Part shown: positions 28,015 to 37,915 of the stretch, in pieces | Numbering within the stretch: the first letter of the stretch is position 1 | Layout of the letters: every line of letters begins with the position of its first letter | Assembly: GCA_011364975.1 (NCBI GenBank) | Contig: RDOE01000001.1 | Span: forward strand, 32,001 to 96,000 | DNA: 64,000 nucleotides | Origin: Promethearchaeota archaeon | Lineage (GTDB): Archaea; Asgardarchaeota; Lokiarchaeia; Sigyniarchaeales; SOKP01 | Reading direction: 5' to 3' | Translations under genes and position numbers: made by a program | Notes under the pieces: model-generated | Databases searched by the model: none | What the model was told of the DNA's origin: nothing | The model's input: the letters and a program-made list of their open reading frames with translations, nothing else

Positions 28015-28449
28015 ATGTCCGCTGAGAGAAAGATTGATATATTTTCTGGATTAATATTGTTACTTAGTTTTATCGCTTTTATAATGGTGATAATCGGTCC
28101 TTTTGCTTATGCTTTTATAGGTGGTTATACATATTATTATTCATGCTTAGACTGCGAAAATAGCACTCCTGGTGATTATAGTTCACAAATATTTATCTTG
28201 GTTCTTTTAATTCTTCAAATAATTATTGCTATTAATGAATTACTTCCAAATAAATTCATTAAAAAAGACACTACAAAATATGGTTTATTCATTGCATTCT
28301 TAACATTACTTTTTACTATTGTAGGAATTGTATCTTTTGGAACGGCTTATATTGCTTATGATTGGTGGGCAGATATTGGATTTTATGGACCACTTGTCGC
28401 TGGAATCCTAAACATACTTTTCTCTTATTTCAAACTTAAAAATAAATAA
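28015..28449 (+). CDS. Four-TM membrane protein
   Basis: Four hydrophobic segments, CLDC in the first loop; start moved to ATG 28015 to avoid overlap with the divergent gene. Confidence 0.7.
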   Translation: MSAERKIDIFSGLILLLSFIAFIMVIIGPFAYAFIGGYTYYYSCLDCENSTPGDYSSQIFILVLLILQIIIAINELLPNKFIKKDTTKYGLFIAFLTLLFTIVGIVSFGTAYIAYDWWADIGFYGPLVAGILNILFSYFKLKNK

Positions 28450-28635
28450 TTATCTTTATTTTCTTTTTTTATGTCGCAATTATAAAAAGATTTTGTATTT
28501 ATCTTTTTTAGAGAATTATTAAAAAAAAATTATAAAATAAGAAAGAAATTTAAATTTTTTAGACTATTCTCAATCATACTATTAATCATTCATACAATCA
28601 AACAATATAATTAAAAAACAACAAAGGTATGAAAA

Positions 28636-28833
28636 ATGTCATTTGGAATCGAAATTGATAAGGATGCTTGCACTGGTTGTGGTACATGCTACGAGGTTTG
28701 TCCAAGTGAGTGCTTTGGAGAGCCGGAAGGAGGAAAGGTTAACGTTATTGAGGAAAACCGAGATGACTGTGTAGGATGCAGAGCTTGTGAAACTCAATGT
28801 CCAGAAGAAGCTATTACCATTACTGAAGATTAA
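28636..28833 (+). CDS. 2x[4Fe-4S] ferredoxin
   Basis: CTGCGTCYEVCP and CVGCRACETQCP. Confidence 0.95.
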   Translation: MSFGIEIDKDACTGCGTCYEVCPSECFGEPEGGKVNVIEENRDDCVGCRACETQCPEEAITITED

Positions 28834-28906
28834 ATAATTCTTCGAAATATTACCTTTTCATTATCATTCTTTTTTTTATTTTTATAACTAGTTCTTTTTT
28901 ATTGTC

Positions 28907-30874
28907 TTATTTAAGTATTTTAACATTTTCTAATGGAATCCAACCACGTTCCCCCGTTTCTGAACTAACCCAAGCCCAACCACTTTCTTCCTTTTCAATT
29001 GTAAACTCTTGATCCTTAAAGGCTGTCATTTCAGTTGCATCATAATCCTTTAGCATTAAAGCTTTTTTCCCGTCTATTTTTATAAAATTTTTAGGGACCC
29101 AACCTGATTTATCAGAATCAATAATCGCCCAAATCCAACCCGACCATTCAGATTGTTTTTCTTCTACTCTTAAATTATCCCCTTTGTTTAAGATTAAGGG
29201 ATCAGGAAATGATGACACGAAATCCTTTATTACTCTACACCGTCTTTTCTTCATTTTCTCTTCAAAATATTCTTTCAACAAGAAATAAGGTAAATCCCCA
29301 CTTTTGAGAATTGTATCATGAAAGAACTTTAAATTGAAATTATTACCCATTCTTTCTTCCACTTCCCGTCGTAAATCTGCAATTAGGAGCTTTCCAACGA
29401 GATACGACAATTGGTATCCTGGAGTTGTTGTCCATCCCACTACCGCTGCTTTAGCTGCTCCCTCTCCCATTTGGAGTATATTCATTAACATCTTACTAGC
29501 ATCCGCTATTGATCGTTGCTTACAGTGCAATTGGATATCCAATATGATTTCCATTGCTTCCTGTAATTGCATTCCTGATAATAATTGTTGAGTTTTAATT
29601 GGATCATGATGAAATCCTTCTTTTAGCATTAATTCTTCACAATAAAGAGCCCATCCTTCAATAGTTTCATAACTTGGGGACATTTCTAACCCTAACAATC
29701 GGATGAGAGGTGCATAAGTGTTATTGCAAGTAAAATCCAGATGATGACCAGGATAGGCTTCATGAGTCATCCAATAAGATATACTTGTATAAGAATGGCG
29801 TTCCTTTTGTGTAGGAGAGATCATAAAAATTCCAGGTTGTTCTCGATTAAAATAAGGAGGCGCATCATAGGCAGCAAGAGCAATGATTGGTATAAGGTGG
29901 AGAGGAGTTTCAATAATAACTAGCTTCTCTTGAGGGATAGTAGCAAGGTCATGATTTTCTATAAATTCTTTTGCTCGCTCTGCTTCACTCCGAGTGTATT
30001 CAAGCACATTCTCAAACGTCGGTATTAGATCTTCTTTAAAAAACTCTTCAATTCCCTCATTAAGCGTTTTAGTAGGATATCTCTCTTTGAGAATTCGTTT
30101 CATTTGTTTAAATCCAGAGTTAAATAGCTTAGTTCCCTTTTTCATAAGTGTGTTTCGGTCCCAAGGAAGTTTCCTTAAGCTTAATAATTTATCGAATTTT
30201 TCAGGTCCTAAAGCCCAAGCAAATTCATCATTATCTACTGGTAAACTTTTTATCCATTCAATATGGGGCTGGATAACCAAGTTAATCTCTTTAATAGCTT
30301 TTAGAAGTGTATCTTTAAGAGATTCAGCAACTTCTGATGTTTTACTATAAGTTTCAGCCAGAATATGTAAAAATTTAGGAGTTGTTTGTATTTGTTCTAA
30401 AGCTAAATCTCTCCATACTAGTGGGATCGGAGTCTCATCAAAACGAGATTGAAAATCCTTTAAATAATTTGGTAAATTTGTTAAATGGACTATGAGAGCT
30501 TCTGCTACATCGTTAGTTGGGCCCTTTCGTTGGAATAAAAGATAAGCAATTTCTTGAAAATACGCAAATCCATTAGGGTCTTTTTTCCATAAGGGAAATG
30601 CTTCATGCATAAACCGGTTAATATTATGATTGTATTCCATTGCTTTTAGTGAAATTTGGTTTTCGAAATTTAATTTTTCACCGTCTAATTCTTTAATTTC
30701 ATCAATCCATTGACGGAACCATTTAAGATTGTCCTCTATGTGTTCTTTCGTTCCTGATTCTACTACTTTTTCATATTCTTCTTTACCAAATTTGACAGCA
30801 ATTCTAGGATTACGCTTAAAGTACTCTTCTATCCCTCTATTGACTAATTTTTCGAATTTTTGGTTCTCATCCAT
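28907..30874 (-). CDS. DUF885 putative metallopeptidase fused to tandem SH3 domains
   Basis: THEAYPGHH, EGWALYCE, PGYQLSYLVGK, FHDTILKSG; C-terminal GWIW...GWVP and GWAW...GWIP. Confidence 0.85.
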   Translation of the reverse strand: MDENQKFEKLVNRGIEEYFKRNPRIAVKFGKEEYEKVVESGTKEHIEDNLKWFRQWIDEIKELDGEKLNFENQISLKAMEYNHNINRFMHEAFPLWKKDPNGFAYFQEIAYLLFQRKGPTNDVAEALIVHLTNLPNYLKDFQSRFDETPIPLVWRDLALEQIQTTPKFLHILAETYSKTSEVAESLKDTLLKAIKEINLVIQPHIEWIKSLPVDNDEFAWALGPEKFDKLLSLRKLPWDRNTLMKKGTKLFNSGFKQMKRILKERYPTKTLNEGIEEFFKEDLIPTFENVLEYTRSEAERAKEFIENHDLATIPQEKLVIIETPLHLIPIIALAAYDAPPYFNREQPGIFMISPTQKERHSYTSISYWMTHEAYPGHHLDFTCNNTYAPLIRLLGLEMSPSYETIEGWALYCEELMLKEGFHHDPIKTQQLLSGMQLQEAMEIILDIQLHCKQRSIADASKMLMNILQMGEGAAKAAVVGWTTTPGYQLSYLVGKLLIADLRREVEERMGNNFNLKFFHDTILKSGDLPYFLLKEYFEEKMKKRRCRVIKDFVSSFPDPLILNKGDNLRVEEKQSEWSGWIWAIIDSDKSGWVPKNFIKIDGKKALMLKDYDATEMTAFKDQEFTIEKEESGWAWVSSETGERGWIPLENVKILK

Positions 30875-31038
30875 TATCTTTTCATCTCATAAAAAAATAT
30901 TGATTTAAAAAGCAGAGTTCTTTATTTTAGATTCAAACCCATATATACATTAAAGTAAAGATATATTTAAATTTTGTAGAAAAATTAATTTTGAAAGAGA
31001 GAAATACAAGAAAGGAAATAATACGTTTTATACGAATC

Positions 31039-31087
31039 TTCGTGAAACCTCTCTTTCACGAAATTTGATGCATATCCTCTTGATATG
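31039..31087. repeat. Two adjacent hairpins in an intergenic region
   Basis: TTCGTGAAA-cctctc-TTTCACGAA (31039-31062) and CATATC-ctctt-GATATG (31071-31087). Confidence 0.6.
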
Positions 31088-31141
31088 GTGATATATCTCG
31101 AAATATTATTTAGATGTTCTAAAAAAAGAAAGAGTTTTACT

Positions 31142-32431
31142 TCAAAGATCAGCACATAAAAAAATTATTAATTCCTTTATATAAATTAAAACTTCTTTTA
31201 ATCGAATATTCTCGTTTACACCATGTTCATTAGAACCAGTGTTTCCTAATCCATGGAAAATTATATCATCGGTTTTAAGGATCTCTGAAACGAATCCCAT
31301 ATCGGTAGAACCAGAAGCTCCTATTATTCTAATCTCATCTTCACTGATTTTTTGAACTTCCATCATAACTTTCTTTAATCGTGTAATATCTGGAGCATTT
31401 GGATTAGTTACCATTGGAGGATACCCCAGATTAAAAGCCACTTTTACATTGAGTAAACTACTTTTAATTTTACCTTTTTCAATAGCTTCCATAATTTCCT
31501 TTATCACATCATCAATGTTTTCATCAGGAATATATCGTCTATTAATTGTTAGAGTACAAAGGCCTGGAACAATGTTAGCTTTGGTTCCTGAATGGATAAT
31601 ATCCAAATTAAACATAGGATACATGTTTCTCTTCTCTCCAGTTCCCAAACGTGGTAATCCGGGAATATTTTTGCTTTCACGCTTCTCAACAATCTTTTTT
31701 AATTTCATCAATTCATTAAGAATAGGAATAGTCTCTTCTAAAGCATTAATCCCCATAAAATTCATTCCAGAATGACAACTTCTCCCTATTGACTCTACTA
31801 CCACGTTTATAGCTCCAGCAGTGCCGATAGGAATAACAGGGATTGTGACACCTTCCATACAGAAGACTGTACCTTTAATATACCCTTTTTCAGCAAGATA
31901 TCTAACTCCTGGCCAAACACCTATTTCCTCATCTGTACAATTTACTATGGTAATATTATACTTTGGAGTTAGATGCAATTTTTCCATAATTTGTAAGGCT
32001 AAAATTAAACACACCATAGCCCCTTTCATATCAGATGTTCCTCGCCCGTAAATTTTTCCACTTTTAATCATTGTCGCTTCAAAAGGAGGGAAACGCCATT
32101 TTTCTTTTCCATCATTAGGAGCAGGAACTACATCCATATGACCATAAAACGTTATATCTTTATCTTGATTATAATTTTTGGTGGCAATTAAATTAATTCT
32201 CGGTCCCACTAAAGGTTCAGGAGTTTGTTTTACGAGATCTTCTGGGACAATTACCTCTTCCAAGGAAAATCCTAACTTTTTAAAATAAGTGGTTAATATA
32301 TCCACATATTCACGATATGAGTTCCCAGGAGGAACAGTTGTATCAATAGCAATTAAACTTTTCATTAGATTCATAATATGATCTCTTGCTAAATTATCCA
32401 CTTCAAGATAAATCTCGTCTAAATTTACCAT
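31142..32431 (-). CDS. M20 metallopeptidase (DapE/ArgE family)
   Basis: GHMDVVP, GRGTSDMKG, DEEIG, GRSCHSG, HGVNE. Confidence 0.9.
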   Translation of the reverse strand: MVNLDEIYLEVDNLARDHIMNLMKSLIAIDTTVPPGNSYREYVDILTTYFKKLGFSLEEVIVPEDLVKQTPEPLVGPRINLIATKNYNQDKDITFYGHMDVVPAPNDGKEKWRFPPFEATMIKSGKIYGRGTSDMKGAMVCLILALQIMEKLHLTPKYNITIVNCTDEEIGVWPGVRYLAEKGYIKGTVFCMEGVTIPVIPIGTAGAINVVVESIGRSCHSGMNFMGINALEETIPILNELMKLKKIVEKRESKNIPGLPRLGTGEKRNMYPMFNLDIIHSGTKANIVPGLCTLTINRRYIPDENIDDVIKEIMEAIEKGKIKSSLLNVKVAFNLGYPPMVTNPNAPDITRLKKVMMEVQKISEDEIRIIGASGSTDMGFVSEILKTDDIIFHGLGNTGSNEHGVNENIRLKEVLIYIKELIIFLCADL

Positions 32432-32516
32432 TTTAGTATAACCCTTCTATAATGTTATTTTTATAATTTTAAAAAAGTATTATTGCAAAATGAAATCTCA
32501 CTCTGCTTAAAAAACC

Positions 32517-33803
32517 TTAGAAATCCCCACAAAGAAAAGCAAGAATTTCCTTGATGAATTTTTTCATATCCTTGATTCTAATATTTTCATTAACACCATG
32601 AGTATTTGATCCACCATATGTTACCCCCCGAATTATAATATTCTGAGTATTTAATAATTGAGCTACAAACCCAACATCAAACGTAATAGCCATACCTTGT
32701 TTCCGAATTTTATTTTCTGGAATATTATGAACCTTTATGATGATATTTTTAATTTTTTGGACATCAGGGGAATTAATATCAACTTTAAATGAAGGATAAG
32801 AATAATCAAACCGAACTTTGACATCCAGTGCATTACTCTTCTCTTTACCTCTCTCTATTGCATCCAATATTTCCTTTTTAACGTCTTCATATTTTTCATC
32901 AGGGATAATTCTCCTATTTATAATTAAATGACAGATTCCGGGGATGATGTTAGATTTTTGGCCAGCTTTTATTACGTCTAAGTTTAATAGAGGAGTTAAA
33001 TTCTTTTTTTGAGCGACTATTGAATCTGGAAACCCTGGGATATCCTTACTTTGGCGAGATTCCACATTTTTCTTCAGTTTTAGTAGTTCAACTAAGATAG
33101 GAACCATAGCTTCCAAAGCGTTAACACCCATAAAGCTTAATCCTGAATGAGAACTTCGTCCTATAGTTTCAATTTCAACATCTAAATTTCCTGCAGAGCC
33201 CATAAGTAGGATAGGATCAACTGAAAAATCCATACAAAAAATTGCTCCTTTCGCATAACCCTTTTCTGCCAAGTATCTGGCGCCGGGGTAAAATCCAAGT
33301 TCTTCATCGGTACAACTTAGTACATTGATATTATAGTTCGGAACAATGTTAAAATCTTTTATAATTCGAAGTGCTAAAATTAAGCAAACCATTGCTCCTT
33401 TGTTATCGCCAACACCTCGCCCAAAAATTTTTCCACCTTTTAATGTAGGTTTAAAGGGAGGGAATTTCCATTTATCATCTCCTTGATCAACCGCTGGAAC
33501 AACATCCATGTGACCAAAAAATGAAACTTCTTGTTTTTGCCCAAAATCTTTTGTTGCTACAAGATTAATTCGAGAGCCTTCAATATTGTAGGGTATTTGG
33601 TTTATCAAATTATTTGGAAGGATAACCTCTTCTAATGTATATCCTAATTCTTCAAATATTGGACAGATTGCATCAATATATTCCCTATATGAATTTCCTG
33701 GTGGAACAGTAGTGTCAATGCTACATAATGTTGTTATTAATGACATAATAGTCTGTTTATCGATCTTATCGACTTCTTCAAAAAGATTTTCTAAGCTAAT
33801 CAT
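32517..33803 (-). CDS. M20 metallopeptidase (DapE/ArgE family), tandem paralog
   Basis: GHMDVVP, GRGVGDNKG, DEELG, HGVNE. Confidence 0.9.
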   Translation of the reverse strand: MISLENLFEEVDKIDKQTIMSLITTLCSIDTTVPPGNSYREYIDAICPIFEELGYTLEEVILPNNLINQIPYNIEGSRINLVATKDFGQKQEVSFFGHMDVVPAVDQGDDKWKFPPFKPTLKGGKIFGRGVGDNKGAMVCLILALRIIKDFNIVPNYNINVLSCTDEELGFYPGARYLAEKGYAKGAIFCMDFSVDPILLMGSAGNLDVEIETIGRSSHSGLSFMGVNALEAMVPILVELLKLKKNVESRQSKDIPGFPDSIVAQKKNLTPLLNLDVIKAGQKSNIIPGICHLIINRRIIPDEKYEDVKKEILDAIERGKEKSNALDVKVRFDYSYPSFKVDINSPDVQKIKNIIIKVHNIPENKIRKQGMAITFDVGFVAQLLNTQNIIIRGVTYGGSNTHGVNENIRIKDMKKFIKEILAFLCGDF

Positions 33804-33918
33804 GATTTTATAATAATTATAAAGTTTATGTAGAGAAAACGTAAGATTTTTTTAATATTTAATTAATCGAAAGAATTTGCTTTATTTTATGACAAGGTTT
33901 ATAAAAGTAATTTATTTT

Positions 33919-35028
33919 TTACCATAATAATATTTTACCACATTTTTTACAAATTCCTTCATTAATTTGCATATTAAGACAATTTTGGTGATACTGAGTA
34001 CCACAAGATTGGCATTTATAAATCTTACCAGTATAATCGCCAAAATCATAACCACAATACTCACACTTATTTGCAAAAGAAAAATTGTTATCGTTTAAAT
34101 TAACTTCTACAATTTGAGTGGTCCCTGTTAATGCTGAGTTAGCATTAGAAGGAATAAGGTATTGATCATTTTGAGGCATTTGTGCCCATTGATGTTGTTG
34201 CGAAGGTTGATCTTGCTCCCAATTAGAAACATAACCGGGAGCTGGTTTTTTGGATATCCCTATCTTCTGAGAGATTTTCTCGTCTAAAATGTTAGTTAAA
34301 ATTAAAGCTGAAGCGTATTTACCTTTAACACCCCCTTTTTGTAAGTGAGTATGGGAAATCATATGAATCACACGCCCACCTGTCTTTCCATAATCAAAAT
34401 AACAAAATACAGGAGCTTCACCCCATTTTTGTTTGATTTCCCAAGATACAATTAATACCTTAACTTCAGGATTTAGTACTTGAATTGGAAATGATCTCGT
34501 TTCAAGCCACCATTTGAATTCAGCGTTTTTAGCATTTTTTGATACTCCTTTTTGCCATTTATCTTGCTGTATTTCACTTATAACTCCTTCTAAAAAAGGG
34601 TGATTTTGCTCAAGAATTTGACATGATACTACAGCATCTGCAGTTTTTGCACCATTCCATCTTATAAAACCAGGAAAAATTACTTCAACAATGTGTTTAA
34701 TTGCCCAATCTGTCGTAATTAACCACCCTCCTTTAAGTGAAACATACTCACTAACTCTTGGTAATGCAGAGCTAGGAATTTGATCTCCAGGGCATCCTAT
34801 CAAAACAACATCAAAGTCACCAAGATTGTATTTCATAATTTCCGTTGGTTTGATTGTTTCATGCTTTGCAGCATACATATGGTCTACCACTTTTTTTGGT
34901 TTCTCATAACGACCTTCGATTGCTAAGATTTTACCGTGTTTTTCAACAGCCTCTACAACATCTTTCTTATTTAAAGCTTCCATTTTCCGTTTTTTTACTT
35001 CAGAGTATAAATCCTTCCAGCTACTCAT
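33919..35028 (-). CDS. GATase-I-like domain protein with a C-terminal C4HC3 (PHD/RING-variant) finger
   Basis: VLIGCPG, GGWLITTDWA, WWLE; C-x2-C-x13-C-x2-C-x4-H-x2-C-x9-C-x2-C at the C-terminus. Confidence 0.65.
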   Translation of the reverse strand: MSSWKDLYSEVKKRKMEALNKKDVVEAVEKHGKILAIEGRYEKPKKVVDHMYAAKHETIKPTEIMKYNLGDFDVVLIGCPGDQIPSSALPRVSEYVSLKGGWLITTDWAIKHIVEVIFPGFIRWNGAKTADAVVSCQILEQNHPFLEGVISEIQQDKWQKGVSKNAKNAEFKWWLETRSFPIQVLNPEVKVLIVSWEIKQKWGEAPVFCYFDYGKTGGRVIHMISHTHLQKGGVKGKYASALILTNILDEKISQKIGISKKPAPGYVSNWEQDQPSQQHQWAQMPQNDQYLIPSNANSALTGTTQIVEVNLNDNNFSFANKCEYCGYDFGDYTGKIYKCQSCGTQYHQNCLNMQINEGICKKCGKILLW

Positions 35029-35120
35029 TTATTCATCATCTATTTTAATGTTATAAAGAATTTAATGTTATTTTTATAAGTAATAAAAGATATTACATAT
35101 TTATATTTTCATGGAAGTCG

Positions 35121-36632
35121 TTGAATATGGAAAATTTAAAAGAACTAGGAGATCCTCAAGAATTTTGGGAATATATTTACGCTATATCCAAAATTCCACG
35201 ATGTTCTGAACATGAGGAGCATATAAGGAATTTTGTCTTAAATGAGGCTGAAAAGATGGGTTTTGTTGCTGAAAGGGATGAAATTGGAAATATTGTAATA
35301 AGAGTTCCTTATCCCTCAGCTATCGAAAAAGCTACTCTAAAAGTTGTGTTACAATGCCATATGGACATGGTTTGCGAAAAAAATGAAGGACTTGACCATG
35401 ATTTTTCTAAAGATCCTTTAAAATTAAAGTTAATTGAAATTGAAGGTGAAAAATGGTTAACTGCTGAAGGAACTACTCTCGGGGCGGATAATGGTGTAGG
35501 GATTGCATACAATCTTGCTATTATGAAAAAAGTGTATGAAGGGAGTTTAGATCTAGGACCTCTTGATTTAGATTTATTATTCACAGTTGATGAAGAACAA
35601 GGGCTAACTGGTGCTAGTAAAATGAATAAAGGCTTAATAAGCGGAAAGTATTTGTTAAACCTTGACTCTGAAGAAGATGATAAATTTACAATTGGTTGTG
35701 CTGGAGGTAGAGTTTTTACAATTGAAACTAAGCTCGAAGAAGAACAACTAATTGAGATTCAAGAAAGTCTAACAGGGATGAGAATTGATATTTTTGGACT
35801 GATTGGAGGACATTCAGGTACTGATATCAATAAAAGAAGAGGAAATGCAATAAAAATATTAGTAGAGATCTTATGGAAACTCAATACCAAATTTTCAATT
35901 TATATCCAATCATTAGAGGGTGGAAATAAATCTAATGCTATTCCAAGAGAAACTCATGCTATTTTATATATTAACAAAGCACAATCTACTAAAATAAAAG
36001 AGTTTATTGAGGAGATTTTCTCGAATATTAAAAAATTATATTTTGGCACTGAATCAAACTTAGCTATATCTATTGAAGAATTAGATGAAATTGATGGAAC
36101 AACGGTGTTCAGTAAGCAATTCCAACTTAAATTCATAAATATTTTACATCTAATGCCGAATGGCCCTGTTTACTTACATCCTACTAGTAATGGATTAGTA
36201 CATACTTCTTTAAATTTAGCTTCTATTCATACTTTAGAAAATTCTATAAAAATACAAATTAGCACTCGAAGTTTAACCGAGTATGATAAGGATGTGTTAT
36301 TTGAAAAAGTTCAAACACTTTTAGGATTATCTCACTTAGATGCAAATATAATTATTAATACAGTATATCCTTCCTGGCCTCCAAATTTTCAATCTGAACT
36401 GGTAAAAAAATCAAAAAAGATATACTATGAAATCTTTAATGAAGAAGTTACAATCCAAGCGATTCACGCGGGATTGGAATGTGCATATTTTGCGGATTAT
36501 TTTCCAAAAATGGAAATGATCTCACTTGGTCCAAATGTAATTGGAAATCATTCTCCAGATGAAAGATTGAATGTTCAAAGTGTGGTAAAAGTATGGAAAT
36601 ATTTGATAGCGTTATTAAAAAACTTGATTTGA
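35121..36632 (+). CDS. pepD: Aminoacyl-histidine dipeptidase (M20C)
   Basis: LQCHMDMVCEK, TTLGADNG, DEEQGLTGA, NLDSEE, GGHSG, IHAGLEC, HSPDE. Confidence 0.93.
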   Translation: MNMENLKELGDPQEFWEYIYAISKIPRCSEHEEHIRNFVLNEAEKMGFVAERDEIGNIVIRVPYPSAIEKATLKVVLQCHMDMVCEKNEGLDHDFSKDPLKLKLIEIEGEKWLTAEGTTLGADNGVGIAYNLAIMKKVYEGSLDLGPLDLDLLFTVDEEQGLTGASKMNKGLISGKYLLNLDSEEDDKFTIGCAGGRVFTIETKLEEEQLIEIQESLTGMRIDIFGLIGGHSGTDINKRRGNAIKILVEILWKLNTKFSIYIQSLEGGNKSNAIPRETHAILYINKAQSTKIKEFIEEIFSNIKKLYFGTESNLAISIEELDEIDGTTVFSKQFQLKFINILHLMPNGPVYLHPTSNGLVHTSLNLASIHTLENSIKIQISTRSLTEYDKDVLFEKVQTLLGLSHLDANIIINTVYPSWPPNFQSELVKKSKKIYYEIFNEEVTIQAIHAGLECAYFADYFPKMEMISLGPNVIGNHSPDERLNVQSVVKVWKYLIALLKNLI

Positions 36633-36719
36633 ATTTCTAACAACATTTTCTTTTCAAGAAAAAAATTTTAATGCTAAAAAAGTTTATAGAATTAAGAGGA
36701 AAAAATATTTAAAATTATT

Positions 36720-37235
36720 ATGCAGAAACAAACATCAAATAAAGAAGAAGTAAGTGGATCAGAAACGATCTTTGAAAAAATAAAGGATAAAACACCTTGG
36801 ATTTTTGGAAAAACCTTAAAAAAACCAAAAATTTTATTTCCTAGAATGAATAGAGGGAAAATGGATATCCCGTTACCAGGTAAATCTATAGCTGTGATTG
36901 CTGTTTATGTTGTATTGTTTCTTCTCCAAACAGGGATCGTTTATTTAATTTATCGTGATCCTCCTGCGTTAGGAGCAGATCCTACTACAGGTGATCCCCT
37001 TTTTCTCTATCCTGATATTAATGAATCATTTATTATCGAAGGAATTGTAGCTTCAATATTTATATTTCTTTGTTCTGCAGGATTTATAATGCTATATCAA
37101 GCATCTAAATATGTGTACAATAAAGCTATAGCAATAAGAATTTTGGTTGTGGGAATAGTTTTGATCTTAGCTGCTTTTGGAGCTTTACAAGCAATGACGA
37201 GTATAAAATTGGGTGAAAGACTCTTCAACATCTAA
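36720..37235 (+). CDS. Oligosaccharyltransferase accessory subunit, OSTC(DC2)/OST3-OST6-like
   Basis: Three TM helices; PPALG...FLYP...FIIEGIVAS matches the PPSxG...QYIxEG pattern of OSTC. Confidence 0.7.
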   Translation: MQKQTSNKEEVSGSETIFEKIKDKTPWIFGKTLKKPKILFPRMNRGKMDIPLPGKSIAVIAVYVVLFLLQTGIVYLIYRDPPALGADPTTGDPLFLYPDINESFIIEGIVASIFIFLCSAGFIMLYQASKYVYNKAIAIRILVVGIVLILAAFGALQAMTSIKLGERLFNI

Positions 37236-37380
37236 TTTTTGACTTTGTTCTCTTTTTAATATAAAGTTAGATATTTTTATCTAAAATAGTGTAAGGAGTA
37301 AATCTTAATTTGATAAGATGGGTCGAGAAATAAAAAAAAAGAAAAAATTGGTATTTCACTAAAAAAAATTTGAATGATTT

Positions 37381-37782
37381 TTAACCTAATGTTGCAATAT
37401 ACTTCTCATAATCTGATTTAGAAAGTAAATTACCTTTTTCAGATCCCCAATTCGAGGGTTCAATTTTATAGAGCCAAGCCGCAAAAGCATCTTCATTTAT
37501 TTTTTCTGGTTCATCCATTAAGGCGCTATTGATTTCAGTTACATTACCGCTAACGGGGGAATAGATGTCTCCAACCGCTTTTGAGGATTCTACAGTCGCA
37601 TCTATTGGATCTGAAGTTGGTTCATCGCCATCCATAGTTATTTGTTCGAGAGTTGCACCATCAAGAGCATCTAAATCAACAAAACTTATTTCTCCCAGCT
37701 GCTCAGCAGCATAAGGAGTAAGTCCTACCGCAAATGTTTCATCATCAAACCATTGATGAGTTTTTGTAAACCATTTCGCCAT
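37381..37782 (-). CDS. gcvH: Glycine cleavage system H protein (lipoyl carrier)
   Basis: VGLTPYAAEQLGEISFV, VESSKAVGDIYSPVSG (lipoyl lysine), PEKINED. Confidence 0.92.
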   Translation of the reverse strand: MAKWFTKTHQWFDDETFAVGLTPYAAEQLGEISFVDLDALDGATLEQITMDGDEPTSDPIDATVESSKAVGDIYSPVSGNVTEINSALMDEPEKINEDAFAAWLYKIEPSNWGSEKGNLLSKSDYEKYIATLG

Positions 37783-37915
37783 AAATTATCCATCTCTTTC
37801 TGATTAATTTTAAAATTATTAAATAATTGAATTTATGTGAATAATAGAATTAATTATATCAATAATATAAAATTTTTTTATTAAATTAAATCTCATTAAA
37901 CAATTTTTCAAAGGT

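Noticed and set aside
3657-36632. Possible selenoproteins by UGA read-through (TGA stops at 3657, 18900, 31142, 36632)
   Set aside because: The proteins are complete at the TGA and the position is not a catalytic Cys equivalent; where I followed the frame, another stop came within a few codons, and no SECIS-like element was evident behind the 31142 stop
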